A stretch of DNA of 61,671 bases, counting the filler, from Choristocarpus tenellus KU-1152 (Eukaryota; Protista; Phaeophyceae): assembly GCA_964200185.2 (NCBI GenBank). It is 11 parts of 11 records of this genome, joined end to end, with 100 filler letters (N's around TTAATTAATTAA, not from the genome) between each part and the next. Parts side by side here need not be neighbours in the genome. Positions count along the whole stretch, not along the records: positions 32,347 to 37,533 come from CAXNAD020011576.1; positions 37,634 to 48,404 come from CAXNAD020002723.1; positions 48,505 to 53,451 come from CAXNAD020012422.1; 8 more parts are not named here. One strand, given 5' to 3'. This document shows positions 37,328-51,817 of the stretch, one piece after another (positions within the stretch are counted from its first letter, which is position 1; each line of letters begins with the position of its first letter). Position numbers and translations under genes: made by a program. The notes under the pieces are model-generated. The model did no database searches, was not told the DNA's origin, and was given only the letters and a program-made list of their open reading frames with translations.

Positions 37328-37873
37328 CGTACGCTCGTCTTCGAATCTAATCACTCCTACACCTTCTCACTGCCCAAGACCGCCTGTTGATCGAAAACAC
37401 CTTGCCAGTTGCTTCCACAGCAATGGGGTGGCTTCTGTCGCCTACGTCTCCCCCCGCATTGACCCCCACACCAGCCCACCAACAATGATGCACTGGAGCT
37501 TCATGCCAATGACGCTTTGGCGACCGGCGTCAANNNNNNNNNNNNNNNNNNNNNNNNNNNNNNNNNNNNNNNNNNNNTTAATTAATTAANNNNNNNNNNN
37601 NNNNNNNNNNNNNNNNNNNNNNNNNNNNNNNNNTATATTACACATGAGAACCCCCCACGGGTAATTGTACCCCCCGGCGGGGCCCGCCCGCCCCCCCCCC
37701 CCCCCCCCCCCCCCCCATTATAAGTACTTCCCATAATCTTGTAAGACTTCTTTTTTCCTTACTAGATTTCTGTTCTGGAGCAGTAATGCTGTGCTCAACA
37801 CGGTTAGGGTTAGGGATAGGGTTTCAATAGAATGGACTCATAGCCTCAAACAGGGGAGTTGCACACACTTCAC

Positions 37874-40800
37874 CTCTCGGGCGTGATTGGCATCTCCGGA
37901 GAGGAGGAGGAGCTCGTCGTAGTCTTTGCTCTTGGCTTGGAGAGTACGCTCCAGGGCACCCAGTTGGTTGTCGAACCCAACCCTTTCCTCCTGACACAAG
38001 CCACATTGGCGGCATTGGGGGAGGCGTTTGGGAGGGCAGATGATTTTGCGGTAGCACTCGTTAGGGTTAGGGCAGGCAGGAGAACAAAGTGATAATCCTT
38101 TCGATCAGGACCCTGCTTACCGGGGAGAGGAAGGGAGGAGGGGCAAGAAGGACACACCATGCTCTTACTGCATCGTAGTGTTCTTTAAAGGCGAGTTGTT
38201 GTTGTTTGTTTGTTTTTCATGGCTCTTTAATTGGCATCAAGGAGGATCAGTGAAAGGTGATTTGCGCATTTTTTTGTTCTTCTTCTTTGGGAACTGAGTA
38301 CTAACCCTAACCCTAACCCTAACCCTATCCCTATCCCTATCCCTATCCCTATCCCTAACCCTATCCCTAACCCTAACCCTAACCCTATCCCTATCACTAA
38401 CCCTAACCCTAACCCTAACCCTAACCCTAACCCTAACCCTAACCCGAGAGTGCAGTTGCCTTTTTGGAGTATGACACATGCGACAAGTCTTACAGTCTGC
38501 TTCGAAGTCATTTTGGCTAAGTATTGGTCTCATGACCTTACCCTTTTCTTTCTTTCTTTTTCCTGGGTCGTTTAATGCTGTTACACAAAAGTTTCGCGAA
38601 CTTTTTGTTTTTCGCCTTTTGAGAAAATAATATTGATAATAATAATATTGATAATAATAATATTGATCATAATAATAAAAACAATATTGATAATAGTAAT
38701 AAGAACAATATTGATACTGATAATGATAATGATAATGAAAGCAGTAGTAGTTGTAATAACGATATTGATAATAGTAATAAAAAACAGTAGTGATAATGAT
38801 AACGATAAGGATAACGACAACGAGGATGATAGTGACTAGTGTAGTGACACACACATGCATGTAAAACAGTGTACATGACGAGTCTTGTACTTCACTTCTC
38901 CAGGAACAATGCCAATAGCATATTCCGTTAGACAAGTGTTCCTTTACCCAATACCATCACTACTACTACAAAGAGAAATAACCTTGTAATCATACTCTAC
39001 TTGAACACCATACCTCTGCAAAACACATGCAGACATTCCCCTTCCCCCCCCCCTCCCCACTGACAACTACCCTCGCCAGCTTCTCCCACAATAAAATACC
39101 ACAGGTCGAAATACCCTCCATTCATCTAAGTTCAACCCTCACCACTCATTCACATCCCAACCACATCAGCCCCTCCATAGTTCACCCGTCCACTATATTT
39201 CCACTTGCACCACCTACCTCCTACCCCAATTTAACCTCTCGTCCCTTGCCTCCCGAGTCCCTCGTGTATCCCTCCCTCCCTGCACATGTGAGTGAGTGTC
39301 TAACCTTGAGCCTCTTGACAATTTGCTCATACGTCTTGCGAATACTCTGAGCTTCATTGTATTTGATCATAGCTTTGTCGAGCCTGTTCTCCAGCATGCG
39401 GATCTTCCTTGTGAGGGGCGAGTCCTCCCTGTTGGGCTGATGTCCGCCCCCCAACAGCGACAAAAAGGGGTTGATCAAAGGTCCCAACAGCAGTAGTAGC
39501 ACGGTTTCCGCAAAGGGTGCGCATGCGTAACGTGTGAAGAGGTACAAAATGTTTTGGTCGTGACCACATCATCGGAGCGAGGCTTGGGTTGGAAACATTC
39601 GGAGCGAGATGGAGAAAGCTGGAAGGTGAGGGAGGGTGGGAGTGAAGACATTGACATTGCAGCAGGATCGTTCCACACTTAACCAACCAAGGATCAGGGG
39701 CAGACAGAAGAGCACTGGCTGACGCAGAGAAACGAAACTGTTGTTAGATGGGAGCACATGTGAAGTAATAAAACTCTTAATGCTCCTGATCCTCTTTCTC
39801 GCTGACCTGTTACTACCAAAAAAGAAAAAAAAAAGTGTACTCCGCTGTACCTCAACCTAGGGTTAAGGGTTTTGCTCTCTTCCTTGCGTTGTGGTACCGA
39901 TGTTATCTGTATGCAGAAAGTCATTCCTAGATAGAGCGTCAGGTTGATATATATTTTTTTCTTTTTTCAAGTGCACCGATACAGGAAAAAAAAAGAAAAA
40001 ATAGAAAAAAAAGTAGTTATTGGACAGCCATTGATTGACCCAGTCCTGTGATACTCCCTCTATGTGCCCCCGACCCACATCGTTTAAGAGGGTAGGGTCG
40101 CATCCGTTCGGGAACAGAAATTGAATGTGGTGATTTTGATGAGTTTTGGCTATCATGTTTGTTAGCAGGTGTCAATATCCTTGCTCCGAACACACCGTTA
40201 ATAGTCGAATGCATTTTACCTACTCATATACAATTCTAGGTAACTGTGTTCACACAGAAAACCGAAAAAGGGCACAAGAAACCCGTGGGAAGCCAAGCCC
40301 TGAACAGACTAACAGGTCAAAACTCCTACCCTCCTACATGTTTTGGGTCATGAACACTTAAGTATGCGTAGAGAGTGCAATCCACACAGTGAATCAAGCA
40401 CAAGAAGTCTGGTGATAGAGTCATGCCAAGTTTCTTCAGTGTATTCTATGCAAGGGCAACGTGAGATAAGAGAGTAAGTCAACTGTCACAACGGCACAGC
40501 TATTGAGCTACTTTGAACCTCTCCGTGAAGAGATATCCAAGCAGTGCTTCACCTGCTGGGCCTCTAGCTCCAGGTCCTTGACTTCGTCCTTCAATTGCTC
40601 CAAAGCCTTTCGGCACTTCAGCGACCTTTGAAAGGATTAGTCAAAAGCAACGACAGCATGGGAAGTGAAATGGTGGTGAGCATGGAGGTAGGAGAGACTG
40701 GGAAAAGAGAGCAGCGGTGGGGAGGACTGAGAAGAGCAGAGGGAAGATGAAATACAGGAATGGGGAAGTGGAAATGGGGAGAGGAATACTGATGGTGCTA

Positions 40801-42504
40801 GAATATATTTATGTGCAATGTCAGTGTCTTGAGGTGAAAGGTAAGTGGGTGAGGTGTTGGAAGGATACTGTATCGAGAATGATGCTTTGAAGAAGGTGGT
40901 TGTTGGTCTGCTTTTACATGGTTGAGCACTTACAAGGATTTCTTCTGGTTCATATTGTACTCGATTGCCTACAATGACCCCTTGTCCCGAAGTAGCCCTT
41001 ATCCTACCACCACACAGAAAGAATCCTCATGACTAGAACCCAGAGGATGGATATGATATTTGTGAGCAGAAACATCACAAGACTTCAAAGCTTCACTGTG
41101 GTAATTGTAAAATACCCCAAGGAATGAAAGAGATCTGCTGACTTGGAAACCTGGTCATCCTTAAGTATTGACCCACCAACCCCCAACTGGCAAACTTTCT
41201 TCAACTTGTCTACCCTACGTTCATATATGCATGTAGAAACTAACCCTCACTTTAAATCATACCTTTAAGTACAGTTTTCGCTACTGTTTTTTCTCACTTG
41301 CTTTTGAACTCGTTGAATATCTTATGCAGGTTATGGGCCTCCCTTTGAACATGATCAAGTTCTGCTGCCTGGTTGAAGTAAGGTCAGGTATGAGTGTGTG
41401 TGGGAGACGACACAGTGGGGGAAATTTCTAACCAAGTTTAGTGGTTGTTACTAGAGGCAACAAAAACTACCTCATTGAATCTCTCTTTTTATGCAGGACA
41501 TGCACTCCAGTACATCTCTCGTCCTTGCCATCACTATATATAGTACTTACCTCATCCCCTTGGTTGCCACCTCTGACGAGCTGAGACAGCTTTAACCGAA
41601 CATCCTTATTCTCCATCCTTAGTCGCCTTATTTCCTCCTTGTTGGCGTTCTTATTCGTTTCAAGGATGTCGATGTTGGCCTTACATATGACAAGGAGATC
41701 AGCGAGTCAATGATTGGGTGGGATGGAGAGGATTCTTGACTAATTTTCATGGAAAGTAATAGAGGCGGGAAATCTCCATTGAGATTCAGGTATACGTGAC
41801 AATAACGACCTCGAATTTGCCATATCTAAAGGTGGGGGACCTAGCTCACTTATCAGCAGGGTGAAACATCATGTATAATTATTTGGCAGGACCAAAAAAG
41901 AACAAGAGAGAAACTTCCCAAAGACTCGGCCTAAAGAAAACCATAGTGTTGTACATCTACGCTCACTAACTGGAATATGTGTATATAACCCATCCGTAAA
42001 GTTCCAAATTTCTAAGTTGGACGCCAAGAGCAAAGTTCAAACATATCACCCTTAGCAGGGTTCTGTATGAAGCAGGGTAAGCTTAGTAGCATTTTGTCCT
42101 GAAACTACAAGGCACCAGTCCAAACCCCGTTGCAAGCATTGGCATTCTTCGGAGTTGTGTGAGCACGATTAATGACGCGAACGCATGCCTGTAAAACTGA
42201 AGCAATGAACTGGTCTGCTGATCAAGCGGGTGGTGACTATGCACCTGTCAGGGTGTGCTTAAAGTCAGCTAGAGCTCTAATAGAAGCGGAAACATAACTT
42301 TTTGATAGGTAAGCCAATACAACTCGGGGGGTTATCGTTGAAGCGCAATATTTCTCCTAAGGACCATTTTCAAGTCACTTTTAGGCGGCTTATGGCTGGT
42401 ACGAGGTCTCTCTTTACCTTTCGGTCGCATTGAAGCAATCGCATGCGTTCTCGTAGATCTTCCATCTGGTCATTGACCGATGTGTTGTCCTGAATCCGCG
42501 TCAT
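37874..42504 (-). CDS. ODAD3: Outer dynein arm docking/assembly coiled-coil protein CCDC151/ODAD3 (ODA10 homologue), 5' part
   Basis: Exons 42504-42418, 41679-41551, 41368-41298, 40625-40553, 39436-39305, 37990-37874, phase-consistent. Includes IRMLENRLDKAMIKYNEAQSIRKTYEQIVKRLK|EERVGFDNQLGALERTLQAKSKDYDELLLLSGDANHARE, the conserved CCDC151/ODA10 core. Confidence 0.9.
38301..38445 (-). repeat. Interstitial telomere-type array, ~24 hexamers of TTAGGG with ATAGGG variants
   Basis: Seen: (CTAACC)n interspersed with CTATCC on the + strand, within an ODAD3 intron. Confidence 0.92.
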
Positions 42505-43007
42505 GATACCTTTTTCTTAGATCACGATTTGACTCGGCCTCAAAGGGTTTCTTCTTTGCACAACCAAAAAAAGTATGCAAGAAGATTCTTCAAACAGTTA
42601 GATTCATTCGCCTGAGGGTGGGGTCTCCAATACTCAGAGCCTCCAGATGGGAAGCTCTATCAATGGTGCCACTTAAGAATAGGCAGGATACCAGTTGTTC
42701 ACGTCCATCTTTGCCGTTTCACAATTGTTTTTGACGGTTCGCATACACAAACTGTGTATATATACAGTATTAATTCTAAAATATTTGGTAGAGTACGTGG
42801 AGCACAGGACACTAGGTTAGGCGTGCTGACCCTGAAACCTGGCCTCCATTCAGGGATAGATACGTGTTTTTAGGATGTCCCTTAAGCTCTAAAGCTTACG
42901 AACATAATTTGTGACGTACCTGCACTGCTCCACAAGCCCAAAGGAATCTTTCCGTCTCCTTTGTGTCCAAGTTCGACCTCAACATGTTTGAGATAAAATG
43001 GTAGACC

Positions 43008-44780
43008 ATGGTCGGGGCAGTTAGCATGCCTCAACAGCTCAATTGGAATGGTGACAGTGACATAGAAGCCATGCAGAGTCACGAAAAAAAAACGGGACTT
43101 AAGGAGCGAACCCAATTAGTCCTCCCTCCAGGCGTCGCTGCGATCAGGGAAAAGCAAACGATACACCTCCAGGATGTCGTACGAGAAGCTGAGAAGCGGG
43201 AGAAAAGGCGCAAAGAGAGATTAAGTCAAACAAAAACAAAAGAGAATTTGGCGTACCTGGAGAAAAGGTAAATTTTCGAGCGGAATTTCAATCCAGGAAC
43301 GGGCTTTCTATTATATGCTGTTGGCTGTCCCTGCAATCCTGTGATGTCTGTTCACGATTTGCGTATTGCATCTACTGAAATCCAATAGTCACCTACTAAT
43401 TATCGCCGCCACCACCCTATGCTTGTTGTGCGGGGTAGCACCTAACGAAACCTTGTTACTTTTCTCAAATTTGATGTCAAGAGGTCCTCTTGCGGATCAA
43501 ATACGCATTTCCTCGTATGATGTGGGTTCATTTCCCATGTCAGGTTTGAAAAGGAGAGAAGACAGGAGCAAAGGCACATTATGCAGCTAGCTGAAGACAC
43601 AAAAACCTTGGTGAAGGCGGCGGTAGCATTGGTTCATCAGGAACATTGTAGAGGACTGGCTCCAGCGGAAGAAAGAAGTATTTCCGAGTCCCAGAGGATA
43701 TGTCACTCCTCAGGCGGTTCAACAAAGTCATTCGCAATTCTGAATCCTAATGTGGTTCGAAAGAATTCAGACTTCATCTCAACTCAACAGGTAAAACTAT
43801 TTCTGGCATCCATGACACCCCAATAGATATCATCAGGGTTGGATTTTATCAGTCGACCATTCATCTTGTCTGCTCTCTCAACACCACTTTAACAGATGGG
43901 CTTTATGAAAGATGTCTTCAAAATGTTGGAAATACCAGAGAAAAAGAAAACTTGGGGTCAGCGTGAGGAACAACAGCGATTCCCCAGGTCAAACTCTCGG
44001 CAAAACTCCCTTGTAAGCAATGGAAAGAAAATGAAAGCTCCACAGTACACTAGAGAGCAGGAGAAATATCAGCGTGGTAAGACAACACCTGGCTCCATTT
44101 CTAACGGGCGCCGCAAGCTGCTAGAAGAGAAGCGGGGAGTCCTTCTTCAACTCCAAGGTCTGATACAGAAAGAGGCACACACCTTGGATTACTTGGTAGC
44201 GAATGGAAAAAGACAAACACAAAACCTAAAAGGCCACAAGTCATGGCAGATAGATAGGCCATCACACAGTCATCATTGTACGTCAACACAGCAACAGGGC
44301 AGTGAACATAGGCACAGACAAAAAAGTATTAATGGCGGTAGTTCAGAAGGGCGGAGCTGGAGAAGCGATTCCATACCTGCACAAACAGGTGCATGTACCT
44401 CACTGAACTCGGTGTCAAATTCTTTCTCCTCTGCAAAGGTGTCGTTAAGTGAGCCTCCATATTCTCTCCCTCCTGTCATTGTTGGTGGGGGTAAGGCTGG
44501 AGTCTCAGCATTCTTCGCAGGAGGAGGACATTGGTCTAAGTGTGAGGTAGATGATAGGAGAAGTTGTAGTGATAGGCAACAGGCCAGAGGGTGCCCTAAG
44601 AGTGTTAGTGCACCAAGTTTAGGTGGGACGCACCATATTTCAGGGAGAAGGCCTGATGCTTCGTCGGTGTCATACGCAACTTATGGGAGCCGTTATCGGG
44701 GAATAGAGGGGACAAAATGTCATGGGCGGAGAGAGAGACCCCAAAATGTCCCCCTATTGCCTATTGGAAGGCGATTATAA
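43008..44780 (+). CDS. Three-exon hypothetical protein (coiled-coil N-terminus, disordered Ser/Arg/Gly-rich C-terminus), divergent from ODAD3
   Basis: Exons 43008(or 43026)-43267, 43544-43790, 43896-44780, phase-consistent: ...LAYLEKR|FEKERRQEQRHIMQLAED...FISTQQ|MGFMKDVFKML. Includes the longest ORF in the window. Family not recognised. Confidence 0.75.
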
Positions 44781-47700
44781 CAAGTCGCAGTCCTTTCAAC
44801 TCATATTTAGCTCATAAGGAGATTGCATTTTCTTCTGAACATGTAAAGGTTGTGCTATGTTCACATTCACACGAACCTCGTTGTTCAAGTTGGGAATTGG
44901 AAGGATTAACACATAACAAAGATGTCATGGCCATTGCATGTTACTTTGATTATGAAAAGTCCATCGTATCTAGACTACACTTGTTCTATCAAATAGTACT
45001 CACTTTCCATTGTACATTCATACCCAGACCTAAGCAAGCCGACAAAGTCTGGCTCATGTGCAACTGATGGTATTGTCATGGTTGTCACATCTGCCCATAA
45101 CTTTCCACCCAAGGTCCCTCAGCCTGATCAGTCACGCCCAAGATCTACAATTGTCTATGTATCATGTCAGGTACCATCTTGCGTCATCATTGTTTACCTT
45201 GCATGGTGTGATGTGATTCAAAACCCTCACCCCTCTTTGTAGTAAATGTAAAAGGGGAGGGATTTCAGGGACATGCATTTGTCCCTGCTCCATGATCACT
45301 CGTGTGACTCAGGGTCTTTGATTCTGGTCTCTGTGCCTCTACCATCATAGCATCACAGGAAGTCCGTCAAGTACAACCAAGATTGGTGTACTTAGTCCAG
45401 TGGAACTTCTCGTTTTCAGTCCAATACAAAGTGTGTTGGACCTTCAAACAGAACGAGGCATGCTGTAAGTGCTCTATGGCAAGCATCATACTACACAGAT
45501 TGGGAATTTGTTGGTTGTTTGGAAGGACAGGACGGGGAGCTGAATGCTAAGGCTATGAATGAACACATTGAGGGTACCAGATTCCTTTTTCGAGGAATGC
45601 CAACCTCTAGGATGATATTAGCTGGAGCACCAATAGTTGTGTGCGTGTACATAGAAATCGTGCCCACTCAAGAAACTGAAATGTGTGATGACCAAAGCAC
45701 CAGCAGGAGCAGGACCAGAAGGTTCATTTTGTTCTGCAGGATGCTCTCCGCATCACACAGTTAATGACCTCACTCCACCTTAAATCTGTTTTATTGTTAC
45801 TGTCATCACCCTGCAACTAGAAGCGCTGCAATGTGTATATAGAGCCTTGGATCTCCTCTCCCTCTCAAAAAATGTGGTTTCAAGCACCCCATGTTGGTAT
45901 TGATTGCTTATCGCGCATCTAATCATCACCATCTTTTACGGCTGTCAACAGGATACTTTTGTCCCCCCCCATTATCACTTCAGACATGAACCATGACAAT
46001 AGTGAACAAGTCAGCGCAATTTGGGTACATTAACATACACACACATTGTTATTAAACTGGGGAAGGACGTTTTATCTTCCGTCTTCAGAGTGGTTGTTTG
46101 GGGTTTCAGAATAGAACAGCAGGATGCTCCGTGCAGTTAGAAAATCTGGCTCAGTTACGGAAAAAACGGGTCTGCATGGAGGCAGCATCTAAGTCGATGG
46201 CCCAATATTGTCTAACATGATAACAACGCACAGCAACAGGATACAGTATAGTGCAGTGAAAAGAGTTCCTGAAAGTATGTGCGTTTCAGCAAGAACACAC
46301 ATACATAGGATTGACTTATTGACTTAACATGTAATTGGCAGGGTCTGTTCAATCTAGTGTGGTGACTAATCATTGGATACATTTGGAAGCAATGATGCCG
46401 GACTAAGTTCTAGTATTGTAGGAAAACTAGGGAGTACCAACTCATTATCGATCGAAATAGTACACTTCTCTGATGGAATCGGACTCGATCTAAATCAATC
46501 TCGCGCGTATTGCACGTGATTTGAGGAACATAAACAAGGGAGGGTTGTGAGGTGGCAATAACGAAACGCTGAAAACTGAAATAATGTTTTAAAGCCAGAT
46601 CTCGCAGCAAGCACGCCTGTGCGCAATAAATAATCAACTAATTGAGGGTCTTCGATGCCATTATCTACTGAATCGGTTGCAACACCACTAATGATAGTAT
46701 CTACAACAGTGCAGCACTTGGGAGGAACAAAACACACACACTTTTGAAGTACAAAATATAAAAAGAACAATAAGCACGAAGCATCGAATCGGTCAAGAGT
46801 AACCGTGAAGACACGTACGTCAATGCATCGATGCCGTTTCATGCCACGGAGTACAAACAAAAAATATGAACCGCACCAAGATCACATTAAAACATTCACG
46901 CGCAAAGTAAAAGTTTGTTGGTCATGGGTAGGTAGTGTAGTTCTGTTTTTGATATGCCTGGCCCACATGCCATTCACCAGCAATAGTTATCCTTAGTGAT
47001 GAAAGTGACCAAGATAGACGAGGAAACAGCTCCAGTGCATGCATGCTGCATGACACGATTTCATGTTGCAGTTCATGATTTCCTCACCAGGGACGCTCAA
47101 ATTGCATTTCGAGGCGCGTTTTCTCATGAGAGGAGGAACTCTCTCCACCTCTCTTGAACACGACGGAAGGATTGGATGCTATACTGAATCATACACACTA
47201 TTTGCTCTAGGAGGAAGCATCACACCCTGACAACATCCGGATTATCACAAAAAAAAAAAGACGCGTGCAAATATATATATAAAAAAAGCAACCAAGTACA
47301 AAAAACGTACTTAAGAAAAAACAAAACCAGTACAAGTAATAATCCAGATGACAAGAACACATACAGCAAAAAGAAAAAAAAGAGACTCCCTTTACAAATG
47401 ACTTCCCATAAAACCAAATTTCCAGGTAAATCTCCGATCACTAAGGATTACGCCAAGTTGTCCAAGGCTTCTCTGACGGTCCATGCCAAGCTGGAAAACA
47501 AAACAAACAAAAGAGTAACCCCTCCCCAATTATTGCGGACCTCGCTCTGCTGGAGGATCCGCTGGTCTTCCTTGCTGTTTGGCAGGTACCTGACACAGGC
47601 ACACAGACCATGCATGTTGGAGGAGGGAAATCAGATCACAAGGCCACTGGCTCAAAGTATCAGGGGGGGAGCTATTGCACCATAAATTTCATTATTCACA

Positions 47701-49366
47701 GCACAAAAACATGAGATAAAAGGGGCGTATGGGGAGTAGAATTGGTCCAGGGGGAGGGAGGGAAGGCGAGGAGGAAAGGAGGGGAAATAATTAGCATTGC
47801 AAGACTCACCAACCCCACAGCCCATGGCAGTGCAACAACATCGCACAACAACAACAGCATGAGCAAGCCAAAAGCCTAAACAAAAGTTGTAAAACAATCA
47901 ACGTATTGGAGAAGGTTTTATCCATTCCCTTGGAATAACCAATCAGCTCCTACAAAGCGTGTAAGGTCCCAGGGGAATATTAGCTACAGGTTGGGGGGTG
48001 GATGGGGGGCTGATGTGTTTGGAGGGAAAGGAGTCGAAATGCACCACGGAGTCAGCTTGTGAAATTTGAGCAGGGCAGCATTCTTGTCACACAACTGGAT
48101 GAAACATACACACACAGAAAGACAGCATATCAAAAACAAAGGGAGACTATTCCAAGAACAAAAACGAGACCAATATCAAGACCCAGCCAGTAGTCACATC
48201 ACTCTGGACTACAGTCTCTCGGTTCACGTACTGCTATTAATGACAAAATCCCCCATTATCAGTACATTTTCTTCTTCTTTTTTCCAATGCAAGTTTTTTT
48301 TTTTTTAAATGATGTTTTAGGTCTCTCTCTCTCTCTCTCTCTTTTGCCCATCTGAGAGTGTAGTAGTATTGAAAAAAAGAGAGGGGAAAAAAAAAAGATG
48401 AAATNNNNNNNNNNNNNNNNNNNNNNNNNNNNNNNNNNNNNNNNNNNNTTAATTAATTAANNNNNNNNNNNNNNNNNNNNNNNNNNNNNNNNNNNNNNNN
48501 NNNNGGGGGCGTGAGAGGTAATGAGGAGGTTGGGGAGGATGATGAGGGTGGAGGGTACACACAAGGAAGATCAGACAAGACAATACCGCCCTGTAATATT
48601 ATTCACCTTTGTGTTCTTTCAGTGGATGTAATATGCAGGGGGACATCTCACCTGAACGAAAGCAATTATCGTTGGGAAAAACAATCTAGATGGAGTGCCA
48701 AAAGGGACCTGAATCTGAGCAAAACACTGCAAGGTGTTGCAGCATGGTTGCCAACAGCAGTAGTGAAAAGGATTTTTTCAGGCATTAGGCACAGAGCCGT
48801 TGCTACTAGTACTATTAGTACTAGTACTAGTATTAGTTGATCACAACAATCACGGGCATCAAACTTCAATTGCCAAAAAATACAAAAAATACAAAAAAAT
48901 ACAAAAAAACACAAAAGCTGCCATGAGCATCACACCAGAAGCCTGTTACTCAAATTGCAATACGTAAGTGATCCTGCAATTTACTCGAGGGGAGGCAGGG
49001 GAGTGTTCACCCTCTACACAAACCTCTATTTCGTCACCAGGGAGGTGCTTCGCCGGAGTGGCACTGGAATGAGCGCTATCCACTTCCTTAGAGGAGTTAC
49101 TGTGTTGTTTAATACCTGCTCCAGCAGCATTTATCCCTTCCCTAACTGACACAGACACACTGCTTTCTCCGTTGTTCATTGTGGGGACTTATTCTGGATC
49201 AGGGTCAGGGAAAGGGGGGACAGGGCAAAGAAAGACAGAATGGGGCATACGGAGACACTCGCGACAGAGCATTGACCACACATGGGCTGCATTGTTTTGA
49301 CTTTGAGAGTGACGACACAGGTCGGCATACAGGTAGGGAGATAGGAAGCAAAAGCATTTTGCCTTA

Positions 49367-50240
49367 CAGCACAATGTTGTGGGAAGTACCCGAAACAGGA
49401 AAACCTTCCGAGGTACTGCTCTAGATAATAATGCTGTCGGTGACAAGAAGACTATCATGTGTGCATGCATTATCTTATGGTTATTATCTTATGGGATCAG
49501 TACAGAATCTCTTAGAAGGCAGGGGAAGTGGGGAGGTGTCTTCCAGCAGACAAAGCGGTGGAGCATCTGAAAAATTGTGACAGGATCTTGCTGATCAGCG
49601 GAGGCAAGTACCTACACCGACCTCCAAAGTGGATCCAACAGGAGGTTGAGAGGTTCAGGAAGGGATGGATAGAACATTGGGGGGGCGTAGGTATGGAGGG
49701 GGTTTCCCTTATCCCCTGCTCTGACGAGACCTGACTCCTTGACCGTTGGAATCACCCCCGTATCCATCACCCAGCGGATAAGTTCAATGAACCATCCTTG
49801 CTGGCGAGGCAGGGCGAAATGAAGATTACATTTTTTATCGCGTCTGCACAGGTTTTTTTCCCAATGTATGAACTGTGTGCACCTACCCGTATGTGATGGG
49901 TCTCATGCATTTCTAGTGTCACAAAATCCAGGTTGCTAAGTCAGTTGCCAGTAACACTTCCATTTCGTCCGTCATATTTCCCACCTCCACAAACATAGTG
50001 TTGAACCTAATGGATACAACAGACTCGCAACTCAAGCTCTCCACCCTGCATAAGCGATATGCCTTTCTTTGAGGACCAAGGACTCAAGATTGCTACTACA
50101 TCTCCAGCAGAAAATGTCTTCCTCACACAACCCTTCGATGCAGTGACACATCAATCCCAACAAATCTCAAATTTTCCTCTCACCTGCTAACGGACCAAGC
50201 AGCAAGCCGCGCGTCCAGGCTTGCGCCCAAGAAGTTCGAA
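49367..50240 (-). CDS. Putative internal exons of an unidentified, possibly membrane, protein
   Basis: Approximate exons 50240-50184, 49796-49622, 49420-49367 splice in phase to RTSWAQAWTRGLLLGPLAG|WFIELIRWVMDTG...PMFYPSLPEPLNLLLDPLWR|AVPRKVFLFRVLPTTLC. No family recognised; boundaries are tentative. Confidence 0.4.
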
Positions 50241-50751
50241 CTTAATGCAGTGTTTACTCTCTTCCCCCACTTAGAGAACGCAAGTTTGAAAAAAGTCACA
50301 TCCGTCCGTCCGTCCATCCATCCATCCATCACATACCGATTGTACGTGCCTTCCATGAATCCCCAACCAAATACACATCCCAAGAAATCCAAATTCTTCC
50401 AACACAATAAAAAACTACTCTGAATATTTATGATATATGCCCTCTTTACCCTGTATATTACTATTCTTCGTAAAGTATTAATAAAATAGAATTCACCAAG
50501 AAAAGGATAGAAATAAAGTAGGATCTACAAAGAAAAATAAAAGTGGACCAAGGAAAAGTGGTTATCTCCAGGAAAATTGTATCAACAATTTTTTTGTCAC
50601 CAATTACTATTCGTTAGACCATTTCGGAATCATAGTGGTTGTGAAACATATATCAACAACGAACACAACGCAAACAAATCAGTTATACCAGTCAGTTCAA
50701 GGTGTTACAAATTTATGAGTTGAGTTGATGTCTAAGCAGTAATTGTTAAAT

Positions 50752-51817
50752 TGTAAGTAACAGAGATATACAGAAATATAGCCTGTGGATTTTAGGTTCA
50801 AATAATATTACTGTTGACGACAAAATATGAGTATTTCAATGTAAATGTTTGTCAAAGGAAAGGAGATATATATTGAGTATTGAAAAACATCATTCAGAAC
50901 ACGATTTAAGATATGTAGGCAGAGGACTCGACCCTGAAATTATTTGGGATTCCAAAGTAATCATGCATATTGTGTATCAGATACAAATAAGTTCAAAGAG
51001 GAATTGAGGTAAGAATAGTTCCACAGCTCTCAGAATAGATTTTGATTCTACAAAATGTTACAGGATTTTCACCCTTCACCTTCCTTCCGAACGAAGAGAC
51101 GAGTTTTCAAAATAATATTTTTAATGTGGGAGGTTCGTTTTTTCCGTGCAACAACAATTGTGTGGTGGCTGGGGAATTGAAACCTCTATTTGGACCTTTA
51201 TCTCTGGGGAGAAATCCAATTGTCACTGTTCCTATCACGATTCGAGTTTACAATTTGGGGTTTAGTGACTCAGTGGTAAAGGTGGTAACTGGTAAATGGT
51301 AAGTAACATAGACATACATACAGAAATATAGCTTGTGGATTTGAGGTTCAAATTAATTTACTGTTGACTACTAAAAATATGAGTATTTCAATGTAAATGT
51401 CAAAGGAAAGGAGATATAGATTGGTGAAAACACCATTCAGAACACGATTTGAGACCTGGAAGCAGAGAGTTCTCAACCCTGCTGCCTAGATTAATTATTT
51501 GGGGTTCCAATGTGGTCACGCATGTTCTACATCACCTTTGATCTAAGTTCATAGAAGAATTGAGGTAAGAATAGTTCCACAGTTCTCAGAATAGATTTTG
51601 TTCTACAAAAATATTACAGGATTTTCACCCTTCACCTTCCTTGCGAAGAGAAGAGTCCTCAAAACGATATTTTTAATGTGGGAGGTTCGTTTTTCTCCTC
51701 GCAACAACAACAGTGGCGTGGTGGATGGGGAATTGAAACCTCTATTTGGCCGTTTTTTTGTGGAGAAAATCAATTGTCACCGTTCTTATCACCATTCCAA
51801 TTTACAATTTGGGGTTT
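50752..51817. repeat. ~550-bp tandem duplication, two diverged copies
   Basis: Seen: 50752-51263 versus 51298-51817 share long blocks such as AATATGAGTATTTCAATGTAAATGT, GAATTGAGGTAAGAATAGTTCCACAG and TACAGGATTTTCACCCTTCACCTTCCTT. A smaller duplication follows at ~51903-52089. Confidence 0.92.

Noticed and set aside
38301-38445. True chromosome end
   Set aside because: Flanked on both sides by ODAD3 exons, so it is interstitial.
38227-38935. Long ORFs rich in RV/LG/Y/I repeats
   Set aside because: Translations of telomeric and (AAT)n microsatellites within an ODAD3 intron.
47185-47590. Possible terminal exons of a minus-strand gene (YLPNSKEDQRILQQSE/LGMDRQRSLGQLG)
   Set aside because: Several alternative frames and splice choices fit equally well, and one needs an unusually short intron.
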